From Hadesarchaea archaeon (GTDB taxonomy: Archaea; Hadarchaeota; Hadarchaeia; Hadarchaeales; Hadarchaeaceae), in contig JAUXAS010000001.1 in the NCBI GenBank assembly GCA_030619825.1, forward strand, positions 10,141 to 74,140: a stretch of DNA of 64,000 bases. The letters are read 5' to 3'. Under the pieces are notes generated by a model. It was not told where the DNA came from. It saw nothing but the letters and a program-made list of their open reading frames with translations, and made no database searches. The translations under genes were made by a program, and so were the position numbers. Below are positions 50,243 to 59,198 of this stretch, in pieces. The stretch's first letter is position 1; every line of letters begins with the position of its first letter.

Positions 50243-52048
50243 TTACGCATACCTGCTCAAGCCGAGTTCCTTGAGCTTTTGGGGGGTAGGTTTGCCATCC
50301 TTCCACCCGCGCAGGGCGTAGTACTCGTCGAGCATCGCTCCCAGCTTAACCACGTGACCTTTAGATGGGCCATCGGGCATCGGTTCCTCGAGCAAACGCT
50401 TGGGTAGCGTGTCGTCCTTGCGGCCAAAGCCCTCGCGGCTGATGAAGAGCCGCTCGAGGGTGTAGATGCGATCACCGGTCTTCAACAGCTCATCGGGCGA
50501 CCACCCCCACCCGGTTATCGCGTTGAGCATCTCCACAATTTCAGGCACCCAGATGGCGAAGGTTGCAAAATTACAAAAGACGGCCGAGTCACAGATGGCG
50601 AATAAGTCTTGAAGCTTTTTCACCCACTGCGCCTTCCCTTCAGTGGCGAAGCGATTGAGCTGCTGGGGCACGCCGAAGATTTCTGGACCAATCATGCAGG
50701 CTCCGAGGTGGCAGCCGCCGCGATTTGAGGTCGCGTACGCCAGCCCCTGCCCTTGGGCACCCCGCGGATCATAGGCAGGGAGCTCAAGTCCCTTCACGTG
50801 CATCGCCAGCTCAGGGGCGCCGTATTTCTCCGCAAGGCGTTTCGCCCCGAGCGCGATGTCGTTTCCGAATCCCAGGCGATAGGCCGTCCGCCAGGTGAGC
50901 TCGACGATCGCTTGTGGGTTGCCGAACTTCAGTTCAAGCCCACCCAGCTTTTCCTTCGAGATCTTTCCGCGCTCGCTGAGCTCCATCGCGCAGCCCACAG
51001 TGTTACCATAGGAGAGGGGGTCAATGCCCAGCTCGTCGCAGAGGTTGTTGGCCTTGGCTATGGCATTCAGGTCATCGATGTAGCACTGGGCTCCTAGCGC
51101 CCAGATCTCCTCGTACTCGGGTCCCTCACCCTCAACCTGATAGGGCGATTGGGTAACGCGAATTACGCGGCTACAATCGATCGGGCATCCCCAGCATCCC
51201 TTGCTCTTTATCAATATTGTCTTCGCAAGGGTTTCACCGCTGATTTTTTCCGCGGTCGGGAAAACGCCCGTTTGGAAGTTTCGAGTGGGAAAGAGGCCGT
51301 GCTCGTTGATGGAGCCTACCGCGATGGCCGTGCCGTAGGTGGGCAGGTCGTGTCCAGTGATTCGGCTCTCCTTCAACATCTTTAACGCATTCTGGACGGC
51401 TTCTTTGAGTTTCTTCTCGTCCGCAACGGGTGGTCTTTTAGTTCCCCGCACGACGATTGCCTTGAGCCGTTTCGACCCCATCACGGCTCCAGCCGCGGTC
51501 CTGCCGGCTGCGCGATGTTTGTCGTTGATGATTGCGGCGCATGACACGAGGTTTTCCCCCGCAGGGCCGATCGAGGCAATCTTGATGTCAGGGCCCCCGA
51601 GTTCCTTGCGGATGCCGTCCTCGGTGTCCCAAGTGCTCTTGCCCCAGTACCGCCCGGCAGGTCGGATCTCCGCCTCTCCCTCGCGTATCCACAGGTAAAC
51701 TGGCTCAGCTGCCTTTCCCTCGATGATTACACCATCATAGCCCGCAAACCTGAGCTCCGGGCCGAAGGTGCCGCCGCAGTCGGTTTCCCCGATGCCACCA
51801 GTTTGGGGTGACTTGGTGATGACGTGAAACATACTGCTCATTGGGAACGCTGTTCCGGTAGCTGGACCCGTCATGAAGAGTAGCTTGTTTTCGGGTCCAA
51901 GGGGATCAGTGCCGGGTTTGAGTTCTTCGATGATGATTTTTACTCCCAAACCGCGACCGCCGATGAATAATTTAACCTCGTCCTCATCCACGAACTCGTC
52001 CCGCATCGAGCCGGAGGAGAGATCGGCGCGCAAGAGCTTCAGCTTCAA
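50243..52048 (-). CDS. aor: tungsten-containing aldehyde:ferredoxin oxidoreductase (AOR family)
   Basis: ~600 aa; N-terminal AOR_N domain and [4Fe-4S]/pterin-binding regions characteristic of AOR. Confidence 0.9.
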   Translation of the reverse strand: MKLKLLRADLSSGSMRDEFVDEDEVKLFIGGRGLGVKIIIEELKPGTDPLGPENKLLFMTGPATGTAFPMSSMFHVITKSPQTGGIGETDCGGTFGPELRFAGYDGVIIEGKAAEPVYLWIREGEAEIRPAGRYWGKSTWDTEDGIRKELGGPDIKIASIGPAGENLVSCAAIINDKHRAAGRTAAGAVMGSKRLKAIVVRGTKRPPVADEKKLKEAVQNALKMLKESRITGHDLPTYGTAIAVGSINEHGLFPTRNFQTGVFPTAEKISGETLAKTILIKSKGCWGCPIDCSRVIRVTQSPYQVEGEGPEYEEIWALGAQCYIDDLNAIAKANNLCDELGIDPLSYGNTVGCAMELSERGKISKEKLGGLELKFGNPQAIVELTWRTAYRLGFGNDIALGAKRLAEKYGAPELAMHVKGLELPAYDPRGAQGQGLAYATSNRGGCHLGACMIGPEIFGVPQQLNRFATEGKAQWVKKLQDLFAICDSAVFCNFATFAIWVPEIVEMLNAITGWGWSPDELLKTGDRIYTLERLFISREGFGRKDDTLPKRLLEEPMPDGPSKGHVVKLGAMLDEYYALRGWKDGKPTPQKLKELGLSRYA

Positions 52049-52144
52049 ACCCCAACCTCCGGAGGAAACCTCGGTGGTCAGTTTTAAGTAAGTTTGGGTG
52101 GTGGTTTGAAAACTAATTAAACCATCTCACGAATACAATCATTT

Positions 52145-52303
52145 GGTAGCCCGGTGGGGTAGACCAGTGATAAATGGGCCCAATGGTCAGGGGTTAAACC
52201 CCCCACAAAATCCTGCGGGCCTTTGGAGCCCGCGACGGTGGAAGGGAAAATCCTGCCGAATTCGAATGTCGACGGGTCGACCGAAGTTCCGCCCCGGGCT
52301 ACC
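52145..52303 (+). ncRNA. candidate structured non-coding element (paralogue 1), identity unknown
   Basis: 159 nt in a non-coding gap; 5' GGTAGCCCGG pairs with 3' CCGGGCTACC; internal GC-rich hairpins (GGGGTTAAACCCC, GCGGGCC…GGCCCGC); shares TGGGGTAGACCAG and CGAAGTTCCG blocks with the copy at 54145. Strand uncertain. Confidence 0.3.
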
Positions 52304-52364
52304 ATTTCGTTCAAGCTACAGCTACTGCAAGTTGGACTTCAACATAGGCAGAAGAAATCGCCCA

Positions 52365-53084
52365 TCACGAGCCGATCAAGATCAAGTCCTCGCGGGTGAC
52401 GAGCTCGTGGAGGTTCCGGACTTTTTCCACCTGGATGTCAGGATAGTTCGGCAGGCGCCCGCCCTGGGTCGAGGCCACAATGAAAAGACTAAACCCACCA
52501 GCTCGAACCTCTTCATACTTTGTTTTGATTCCTCCAACGGGCATCAGTACGCCCGTGGAACCAATGGACGCACTCACCACCGCATTTTGTCGCACTTGGT
52601 TAGGTTCGATATTTTCGCTAGCGTGGATTATCGCGACAAGTGCCACAGCCATCGCAGCGCTAGCAGAGGGCCCGGCGATCGTGGTTCCCTCGGAGAGATT
52701 TTCGAGGGAAACGATAACATCGACCTGCTCCAAGCTTTGGCCCGTCTCTAAAATCGACCAGTGCTCGGCGGCGTCCCTAGCATCGAAAAATGATTCCTGA
52801 GTATCTTCGTTCTCCCACGGCGGCACATTTATCAAGAGGCGGCCTTGGCCGGCTATCAGTCCCACTTTCAGAGTTGCGAGCATTCCCTCTCCGGTGCTCT
52901 TTTCAATCCCGACAATCATGATGGAGCGGGTGTGGTTCTCGCCGTCTGCAAGCTGGAGGGCGGGCAGCTCACTCATCCAGGTGGAAACGAGCACGGCTCC
53001 GAGCAGTAGCCCTAGGAAGAACGAGATAGCGAGGAAGCTGGCCAAGTAGGTTCTTTCCCTTCTCCTAGCCCTCCGGCGCGCCAT
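52365..53084 (-). CDS. membrane-anchored Lon-like serine protease (S16 proteolytic domain only)
   Basis: N-terminal TM; Lon catalytic dyad context AGPSASAAM (Ser) and GGIKTKYEE (Lys). Confidence 0.7.
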   Translation of the reverse strand: MARRRARRRERTYLASFLAISFFLGLLLGAVLVSTWMSELPALQLADGENHTRSIMIVGIEKSTGEGMLATLKVGLIAGQGRLLINVPPWENEDTQESFFDARDAAEHWSILETGQSLEQVDVIVSLENLSEGTTIAGPSASAAMAVALVAIIHASENIEPNQVRQNAVVSASIGSTGVLMPVGGIKTKYEEVRAGGFSLFIVASTQGGRLPNYPDIQVEKVRNLHELVTREDLILIGS

Positions 53085-53133
53085 GAGACCACGTTAATTA
53101 ATACGGATTCCGCTCTCCTTAAAATGTGGTCAA

Positions 53134-53547
53134 ATGCTACCGCGCGCCCTCCCCAAGCCCCAACTTATGGTTGATATAGCATTCGGCGAAGCTTTGGGCG
53201 TATTGTACATCATCTTCAGTTTGTCCCTAAGGGGAATCCAGTCAGAGGTCAACGCTTTATTCCTTGCGAGCTACGCACTGCTCGGTCTAGGTGCCCTTGT
53301 GCTTTACTTGGTTTTCAGCGCAAATCCAAATCTCGCACTTTTACTGCACATTTTTACATTCCCGCTGTTCAGTCTTTTCAACCTCTTCCTGAAGTGGGTG
53401 CCGGACGCGATAGGCAGGGGTGCAGATGTTCAGGTACTGTCCAGCCTCATCCTCGTTTACGTTTTACTCCTGTTGGCGTTCTTCGTCGTTCAGTCCATTT
53501 TGCGCACGCGGACGGCTGGTCGGATAGCAACTGTTCAACTTCCTTAG
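53134..53547 (+). CDS. integral membrane protein, unknown function
   Basis: 137 aa, four hydrophobic helices. Confidence 0.4.
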   Translation: MLPRALPKPQLMVDIAFGEALGVLYIIFSLSLRGIQSEVNALFLASYALLGLGALVLYLVFSANPNLALLLHIFTFPLFSLFNLFLKWVPDAIGRGADVQVLSSLILVYVLLLLAFFVVQSILRTRTAGRIATVQLP

Positions 53548-53656
53548 GTAATCGGAAGATTCTCGTGTTCCCAGAGACACCTCGGGAGCTCGTAAGGAAA
53601 TATTACATGTAACGTGCGGAAGAATAATATGACAAATAGGATATTTAGGTGATTCA

Positions 53657-54064
53657 ATGGATCTCCTTCAACTAATTCTGTTAGCAATGGTTGCACTGAC
53701 TTTAATTATTTCATTTCTTACATGGATAACCCAACAATCGGAACACCGTATAGGTCGCATAAAGTTTGATAAAGAATGGGCGAAAGGCCGACTTATTATG
53801 ATAAAAACCGAGTTAGAGGAAATAGCAAGCAAGCCAGAAGGATATGAGGGTAGATTATTAGCAAGGGTGGGGCAGGACAAATTATGGTGGCGCTCTCCGA
53901 TACTTTATGAACTTTCAGATATTGGTTATGTTCTGGGCCATATGGGTCTATTAGTCCCACGCACACTTATCTATACCATTCTAGAGAAAGATTTTTTCGA
54001 GAACACAGCTAAACTCCAAAAAGCGATAAACCAAATTGAAACACTGTTAAGAGAATTGAGTTAA
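53657..54064 (+). CDS. membrane-anchored hypothetical protein (low-GC island)
   Basis: N-terminal TM; the surrounding 53.56-54.13 kb is about 38% GC. Confidence 0.4.
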   Translation: MDLLQLILLAMVALTLIISFLTWITQQSEHRIGRIKFDKEWAKGRLIMIKTELEEIASKPEGYEGRLLARVGQDKLWWRSPILYELSDIGYVLGHMGLLVPRTLIYTILEKDFFENTAKLQKAINQIETLLRELS

Positions 54065-54144
54065 TTCTTTTATGGTTACGCCCAAAATTATTGGTTTCTC
54101 ACAACCACAAAAGGCGATTTTATTAGAGGGAGTAATTAATACTT

Positions 54145-54278
54145 GGTAGCCCCGTGGGGTAGACCAGCAGTGCTGGGCCTAAAGGCCAATCCTGGCGGAC
54201 GTCGTTAGGACCGCAATCTGGATCCGTCGACCCCGGTTCGAAATCGATTTAGCCGACGAAGTTCCGGGCGGGGCTACC
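54145..54278 (+). ncRNA. candidate structured non-coding element (paralogue 2), identity unknown
   Basis: 134 nt; 5' GGTAGCCCCG pairs with 3' CGGGGCTACC. The G-to-C change at helix position 9 relative to paralogue 1 is compensated on the 3' side. Shared TGGGGTAGACCAG and GACGAAGTTCCG blocks. Confidence 0.3.
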
Positions 54279-54282
54279 ATCC

Positions 54283-54516
54283 CTAAAGCTCAACAACGAT
54301 CGCCGTGTTCGTATCGACGACTCCCTTGATCTTGTGGATTCCTTCGACGACCGTGTTGGTCAGGGTGCTAAGATCTTTGGCCTCGACGAAAACAACGAGG
54401 TCGTAGGGCCCCGTGACCACGTGCACCGATTTCATCCCTCGAAGTCCCTCGAGTTCTTTCGAAACCTGTCTGACTTTACCTATCGCAGCAGTTATCAAAA
54501 TATACGCTTGTACCAA
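54283..54516 (-). CDS. stand-alone AsnC/Lrp-type RAM (ligand-binding) domain protein
   Basis: 77 aa beta-alpha-beta-beta-alpha-beta pattern (HVVTGPYDLVVFVEAKD) typical of the Lrp C-terminal domain; no HTH. Confidence 0.55.
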   Translation of the reverse strand: MVQAYILITAAIGKVRQVSKELEGLRGMKSVHVVTGPYDLVVFVEAKDLSTLTNTVVEGIHKIKGVVDTNTAIVVEL

Positions 54517-54561
54517 TTGCTCACCTCACCACCCCTTCTCTGGCGACGTTTAAAAATTTAC

Positions 54562-55137
54562 CTAAAATAACATCACGATGGACACGAGCAGGGGTACCTC
54601 AATTGCCGCCCACGCCGCGGGGCTCCACAAGAAGACTTTTTCTCCGTCTAGCGGTGGGAAGGGTAGCAAGTTGAAAAATGCTAGCCAGAGGTTAATAAGC
54701 GCGCCCCATAATCCTATATCGCCGATTAGGCCTGAGAAGTAACTCAAGGGGAAGAAGCAGCTGGCAATCACGATGTTCGTAGCCGGTCCTGCCAACCCGA
54801 TTAGCCCGCCCTGATGTCGGGTAAAATATGGCGATAAGATCATGACTGCCCCGGGAGCCGCGAACAAGAACCTGCCTCCGGAGGCTAAGCCGATCAGGAG
54901 CGCAAATGCTAAGCCCATCGTCCACATTCGGTAAACCGCGAAGTAGCCATATCGAACCGCAACAAATTTATGAGCGAGTTCGTGAGCGGTGAAGCCTAGG
55001 GCCAAAGGTATCGATATCACGGCAATCTGGTACCCTACATCCTCGAGAGGGAGAAATCCGATTCCTGAGACGGCAATCACAAGCGCAAGAACGGAGATCG
55101 AGATATGGCGCAACTCGATCTCGGTAAAACGGACCAT
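54562..55137 (-). CDS. site-2 protease family (M50) zinc metalloprotease
   Basis: HExxH in a TM helix (TAHELAHKFVA) and LDG motif (PFPPLDGEKV). Confidence 0.75.
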   Translation of the reverse strand: MVRFTEIELRHISISVLALVIAVSGIGFLPLEDVGYQIAVISIPLALGFTAHELAHKFVAVRYGYFAVYRMWTMGLAFALLIGLASGGRFLFAAPGAVMILSPYFTRHQGGLIGLAGPATNIVIASCFFPLSYFSGLIGDIGLWGALINLWLAFFNLLPFPPLDGEKVFLWSPAAWAAIEVPLLVSIVMLF

Positions 55138-55142
55138 TCAGG

Positions 55143-55337
55143 TCACGGTGATTCTTTAATGGTGAGTTTTCGCTTGAGGATGAGCTCAGCCGATCGAATG
55201 AGAGAACCACCGGCGCCTATTGCCCTAGCGGCTTGCCCCTTCGGCACGTAGACGACGAGCTCCTCCCCTTTTTCCTCAACTTTGTCTATCGGGACGTTCA
55301 GCATCTGCTTTAACTTTTCTAGCGTTTGTGCTTCCAC
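55143..55337 (-). CDS. small KH-domain RNA-binding protein
   Basis: IGAGGSLI GXXG loop; 64 aa. Confidence 0.45.
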   Translation of the reverse strand: MEAQTLEKLKQMLNVPIDKVEEKGEELVVYVPKGQAARAIGAGGSLIRSAELILKRKLTIKESP

Positions 55338-55451
55338 TTACTCAGCTCCACGTGAATTTTTCACAACCTCTTTAAAAAGTTTGCTAAATATCGAGATTCC
55401 CGCGAGCGAAATCGGGCTGACTTAGATCGCCCGAGTAGGAGCAGCAACACT

Positions 55452-56168
55452 CTAACTGACCCTATATTCCGCGCTCATCCTCCAACTCCCAGAAATCCCC
55501 CTGCTAAGCCGCTCATAGATGCCAGGCACGTGCCCAGCGCCCACCACGCATGCCACTTTGCCGGTGCTCGCGGACAGGAGCATCGCAACCCTCGAGGCCA
55601 TGTAGGCATCACGCTCCCTGATCAACACCTGGTAGGCGGTCGGTGAGGCCAGCTTCAGTTCGTGCAGCAAGTAAGTGACGATTTGGTCGTCGGTGAGCCG
55701 CTCAAGCTCCACGCGCTTTCCAAATGGAAGGAGGCCCAGCAGGAGCTCCGCGACCAGCCTGAGCCTTTCCCACCAGGGCATGCGATCGATGAGCCGTTGT
55801 AAAGTTATGCTGATGTCTCGGTCGATCAGCTCCACCCGTGCGCCGATCTTCTGAGCTTGCCTGATCGCGACCAACATCTCCTCTCCCGCCGGCATACCCG
55901 TCTGCCGCGAGAACTTTTTCTGGAGGAGGTAGAGCAGGCTGTTGAGCAGTGATAGTTTGACCCCCCCGGCGCGCATGACTTCAAGTATGCTCGGTCGTTT
56001 GAGGCCACGGGTGAGCGCTAGGTAGCGAGTGGGACATAGTTCAACAGCGACGATATCAGGTTTCTCCTCCGCGATGACGTGTCCGACTTCCACCGTGCTC
56101 TTCGGCAGCACGTGTGCGACGCCTATGAGGAAGAGACGGTCATCCAGCTTTTTTAGCACCCTTTCCAC
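55452..56168 (-). CDS. TraB/PrgY family protein
   Basis: LIGVAHVLPKS N-terminal motif and the GAGH region of the TraB family. Start placed at the internal GTG so the overlap with the upstream reductase gene is only ~28 nt; the annotated TTG at 56270 overlaps 130 nt. Confidence 0.6.
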   Translation of the reverse strand: MERVLKKLDDRLFLIGVAHVLPKSTVEVGHVIAEEKPDIVAVELCPTRYLALTRGLKRPSILEVMRAGGVKLSLLNSLLYLLQKKFSRQTGMPAGEEMLVAIRQAQKIGARVELIDRDISITLQRLIDRMPWWERLRLVAELLLGLLPFGKRVELERLTDDQIVTYLLHELKLASPTAYQVLIRERDAYMASRVAMLLSASTGKVACVVGAGHVPGIYERLSRGISGSWRMSAEYRVS

Positions 56169-56817
56169 CCTTAACCTGGTAGGTGAGGAGGAGGTTTTTA
56201 CCAACTTTTGTGACCTTCTTGAGTTCGAGTCCAACTCCCCTTCGGACCTCGCCAAAACCCGCGCCGCCAACTAATGTTTTCGCCGTGGTCCCACCCACTA
56301 TTCGCGGGGCTACTGCCACCCGAACTTCATCGACCAAACCTTTATTGAGCATGCTCCAGTTGAGGGTCGAGCCGCCCTCGAGCAGGAGCTTGCGCACTCC
56401 CGCCGAGCGAAGTTTTTCGAGCAGCCTGTGCAGGTTCACCTCCTTTTCACCAGCGACGATGATCTTCGCGCCTGTCGCGCACAGCTTCTGTAGCCTTCGC
56501 TTCGAGGCGTTTTTAGTCGAAGCGATAACCGTAGGGGCTGAGTTGTCGAGGACCTTGGCGTCTAGAGGAGTTTTGGCGAAGCTGTCGATGACGACCCTTG
56601 TGGGGCTCTTGCCTCGCGCCCGTCGCACGGTCAGCGATGGGTTGTCGGCCAGTACCGTGCCAACGCCCACCATAACAGCATCGACGCTTGCACGGAGCTT
56701 GTGGACGCGGTCGAGGTCGGCCTCGCACGAGATTCGGCTGTCACCGGCAATGGTCGCGATCTTGCCGTCGAGCGTCATCGCGGCGTTGAGGATCACGTAG
56801 GGACGGGTCATCGGCAT
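56140..56817 (-). CDS. ribD: diaminohydroxyphosphoribosylaminopyrimidine reductase (RibD C-terminal domain type; archaeal riboflavin pathway)
   Basis: RPYVILNAAMTLDGKIA and GGSTLNWSML DHFR-like reductase motifs. Confidence 0.8.
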   Translation of the reverse strand: MPMTRPYVILNAAMTLDGKIATIAGDSRISCEADLDRVHKLRASVDAVMVGVGTVLADNPSLTVRRARGKSPTRVVIDSFAKTPLDAKVLDNSAPTVIASTKNASKRRLQKLCATGAKIIVAGEKEVNLHRLLEKLRSAGVRKLLLEGGSTLNWSMLNKGLVDEVRVAVAPRIVGGTTAKTLVGGAGFGEVRRGVGLELKKVTKVGKNLLLTYQVKGGKGAKKAG

Positions 56818-56864
56818 GCCAAACGAAATCTTGTCCCCCAGCTCTTAAGTCGTTTGCAAGGGAG

Positions 56865-56956
56865 GGGCCAGGGCCGGGATTTGAACCCGACTCACGGGAT
56901 ATCTGCGAGAGGACTCGCCACAGTCCCGGATGTTAACCAGACTACACTACCCTGGC
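56865..56956 (-). tRNA. tRNA-His(GUG) with encoded G-1 and a 17-nt intron at 37/38
   Basis: Minus-strand cloverleaf: G-1 + GCCAGGG acceptor, D arm GUGU/ACAU, anticodon stem CGGGA/UCCCG, loop CU-GUG-G[intron CGAGTCCTCTCGCAGAT]A, T arm UCGGG-UUCAAAU-CCCGG, discriminator C. Confidence 0.75.
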
Positions 56957-57014
56957 CACATCTAAAAATTAGTGAGGCTTGTATTTAGGCTTGCTTTGTC
57001 GCGAGGTCCGGCGT

Positions 57015-57221
57015 CTAAGTGGGTTCTTCCCCAGGCTTTTCCTCTTCCTCTTTCTCCGCTGTTTCGATGCGTTCGCGTATGAACTGATACACGAGCTCTG
57101 AAACTCGGTCGCGAAGTTCATCGTCCTTCTCGAAGCGCTTGAAATAATCGTCCTTGAGCCAGTTCCAGCCGTGGGGTTTCCTCACTTTGAATGTTATCTC
57201 GGCCATGTCATCCTCCGCCAA
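57015..57221 (-). CDS. small acidic hypothetical protein
   Basis: 68 aa; first gene after tRNA-His in the low-GC island; repeat R1 lies ~25 nt upstream of its ATG. Confidence 0.3.
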   Translation of the reverse strand: MAEDDMAEITFKVRKPHGWNWLKDDYFKRFEKDDELRDRVSELVYQFIRERIETAEKEEEEKPGEEPT

Positions 57222-57243
57222 TAACTGGGGATAACCATTATGT

Positions 57244-57312
57244 AAAACCTCTGGTGCGATATTAGAAGTTTGAACCTAGATTTGTCCTCCAGAACCTTCC
57301 CGGAAAATCACC
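57244..57312 (-). repeat. intergenic repeat R1 (tRNA-3'-half-like, ~65 nt)
   Basis: About 75% identical to R2/R3; minus-strand reading …CAAATCTAGGTTCAAACTTCTAATATCGCACCAGAGG. Confidence 0.5.
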
Positions 57313-57461
57313 TCTAAAAATGCCCAGACTGCTTTTGAATGCCTGTGGTGCGGGGGATGGGAATGAAACTCCGATTCGAACCTCTCGGCCTCATTTTCTG
57401 CAATTATTGTGCAAAGCCCCGGGTGAGAAAAATAAAAATCCTTTTGCGACATTGTGATGAT

Positions 57462-58097
57462 TCAGACCAAGAGTGGCGCGAATTTATAGATGAAGATGAT
57501 TCCAAAGCCAAGCAATGTACACCCACATGCGACTAGAATGGCTTTGTAGCTCCTTGTGCCTATCAGCCACTTCCCTTTCGCCACTGAGTACGAGACGAGC
57601 GAGAACCAGCTTAGGTCGGCGAGAAAATGTCCAGCCAACCAAAACCCAACTCCGGCTAAGGCCGCCACCAAATATGCCTGCATGAGCATCACCACGCCGA
57701 TCGTCGTCCACCAGAGGAAGACGCTTGGATTCAAAATTGTGCTGAAAAGTACACCCCCTACAATAGGATGATGTTTCAATTCCGCACTTGGTCGGGGCTC
57801 CGTGATCTTTCCGATCCGTGAGAGGTTGAATGCCCCGAATATCAAGAGCAATATACCTCCTAGGACGCCAACCACGGCTTGGAAACCCTGCTCCCTTAGC
57901 AGGTAACCAAGGCCCAGGGCGACGAGTAGAAGTATCCCAAGCTCGACCATGATATGGCCAATTGCAGCAAAGGTACCAGTCCTAGCGTCGCTGGATAATG
58001 TCTTCGTCGTGACATACGCCAACATGGGGCCAGGTATTAGGGCTCCGGATAGCGCTATAACAAAACCAATTGGAAACTGAGCTATTGCTTCGATCAT
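57462..58097 (-). CDS. LysE/RhtB family amino-acid exporter
   Basis: Six-TM LysE-type topology, ~210 aa. Confidence 0.8.
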   Translation of the reverse strand: MIEAIAQFPIGFVIALSGALIPGPMLAYVTTKTLSSDARTGTFAAIGHIMVELGILLLVALGLGYLLREQGFQAVVGVLGGILLLIFGAFNLSRIGKITEPRPSAELKHHPIVGGVLFSTILNPSVFLWWTTIGVVMLMQAYLVAALAGVGFWLAGHFLADLSWFSLVSYSVAKGKWLIGTRSYKAILVACGCTLLGFGIIFIYKFAPLLV

Positions 58098-58166
58098 TTA
58101 ATCCCAAGCTTGCTGGTGGTTGCAATTTTAAAAATCTCTGGTTTGAAACGTAATAGTGCGCCGGCA

Positions 58167-58238
58167 TTTTTAACCTATGGTGCGGTATCAAGGGTTTGAA
58201 CCTAAATTTGTACCTTCCAAAACCCTTTCGGAAATCAC
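58167..58238 (-). repeat. intergenic repeat R2
   Basis: Minus-strand reading GTGATTTCCGAAAGGGTTTTGGAAGGTACAAATTTAGGTTCAAACCCTTGATACCGCACCATAGGTTAAAAATG; has a T-arm-like GGTTCAAACC and a …CGCACCA 3' end; ~70 nt upstream of the LysE ATG. Confidence 0.5.
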
Positions 58239-58263
58239 TTCAAAATCTAGCTAATTTTGCCTT

Positions 58264-59025
58264 TCACGATTTATGTGCTTTTACTTTGACACTTGTGATT
58301 TTTCCAGCCAATCTGTCATCTAACCCAGGTTCACAAAATGTGTTCTGAGAAACAATATTGACATCTCTAAACCCTGCTTTCTTTATTGTGTCTAAATACT
58401 CTTTTTTCTTTAATGCTCCGGCAATACATCCAGCCCAAGCCTCAAAGTTTTTTCTAATGTCTTCTGGTAATTCACCCTCTGTAACTAAATCGGAAATCAA
58501 AATTCTTCCACCCGGTTTTAAAACTCTGCACGCTTCTTGATATGTTCGTAATTTATCTGGAGAAAGATTGATGACGCAGTTACTGATAATTACATCAACC
58601 GAGTTATCTTCAAGAGGCAAATTTTCAATTTCTCCAACTCTGAATTCCACATTTTTATATCCATAGTTTTTTGCTATTTCATTGGCTCTTTTAACCATTT
58701 CTTCCGTCATATCAATTCCAACAACGTGGCCCCCTGATCCTACTTTATTTGCAGCCAAAAATACATCAATTCCTGCACCCGCCCCCAAATCCAAGACCGT
58801 TTCTCCTTTTTTCAAATCCGCTAATGCTGTTGGGTTGCCACACCCCAAACCCATGATAGCAGATTCCGGGATGTTTCCAAGTTCGTCTTCAGAATAACCG
58901 ATATTTTTCGCTTGTTCCATTACATTAATTCCGCATGGACCACAAGTAGGGCAACAACTGGTGCCTTCTTTAGCTATTTTTGAATATCTTTTCCTAACAA
59001 TTTTTTTAATTTTTTCTTTTTGCAT
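58264..59025 (-). CDS. arsM: arsenite S-adenosylmethionine methyltransferase (ArsM)
   Basis: Conserved Cys cluster CCPTCGPCG, MGLGCGNPTA, SAM motif VLDLGAGAGIDVF, SNCVINLSPDK. Confidence 0.8.
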   Translation of the reverse strand: MQKEKIKKIVRKRYSKIAKEGTSCCPTCGPCGINVMEQAKNIGYSEDELGNIPESAIMGLGCGNPTALADLKKGETVLDLGAGAGIDVFLAANKVGSGGHVVGIDMTEEMVKRANEIAKNYGYKNVEFRVGEIENLPLEDNSVDVIISNCVINLSPDKLRTYQEACRVLKPGGRILISDLVTEGELPEDIRKNFEAWAGCIAGALKKKEYLDTIKKAGFRDVNIVSQNTFCEPGLDDRLAGKITSVKVKAHKS

Positions 59026-59066
59026 TTTTTAACCTCTATCTTTTCATTTCAAATATGTGCGTCAGC

Positions 59067-59125
59067 CATTTTTAACCTGTGGGTGGTATTAGGGTTTGAA
59101 CCCAAATTTGTACTCATAACCCAAA
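59067..59125 (-). repeat. intergenic repeat R3
   Basis: Minus-strand reading …GTACAAATTTGGGTTCAAACCCTAATACCACCCACAGGTTAAAAATGG; immediately upstream of arsM. Confidence 0.5.
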
Positions 59126-59198
59126 ATACCATTATCTTAAGAAAAAGGTATTAGATCCTACTAGGTAGATAATAAGGAACTTTGAAGAGGATCATTTT

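Noticed and set aside
52145-54278. The two GGTAGCCC… elements as tRNAs, 5S rRNA, SRP RNA or RNase P RNA
   Set aside because: No canonical T-arm/acceptor geometry or anticodon arm could be assembled even allowing introns. At 134-159 nt they are too long for 5S and too short for SRP or RNase P RNA, and two divergent paralogues argue against a single-copy essential RNA. The palindrome-rich sequence resembles a synthetic polylinker, but the covarying helices argue for natural RNA structure.
56140-56270. 130-nt overlap between the TraB-family and RibD-type ORFs as annotated
   Set aside because: It is more likely that TraB starts at an internal GTG (about 56168). My codon-by-codon reading around 56155-56165 disagreed with the ORF-track translations by one base (a C-run). 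This is probably my transcription error rather than a real frameshift, so no pseudogene is called.
57339-57536. 65-aa plus-strand ORF in the island
   Set aside because: It overlaps the 3' end of the LysE gene and the region downstream of repeat R1; no support, atypical composition.
57244-59125. Repeats R1-R3 as fragments of tRNA-His
   Set aside because: The 3' half of the tRNA-His at 56865-56956 (…UCGGGUUCAAAUCCCGGCCCUGGC) does not match the repeat consensus beyond the generic GGTTCAAA T-loop core.
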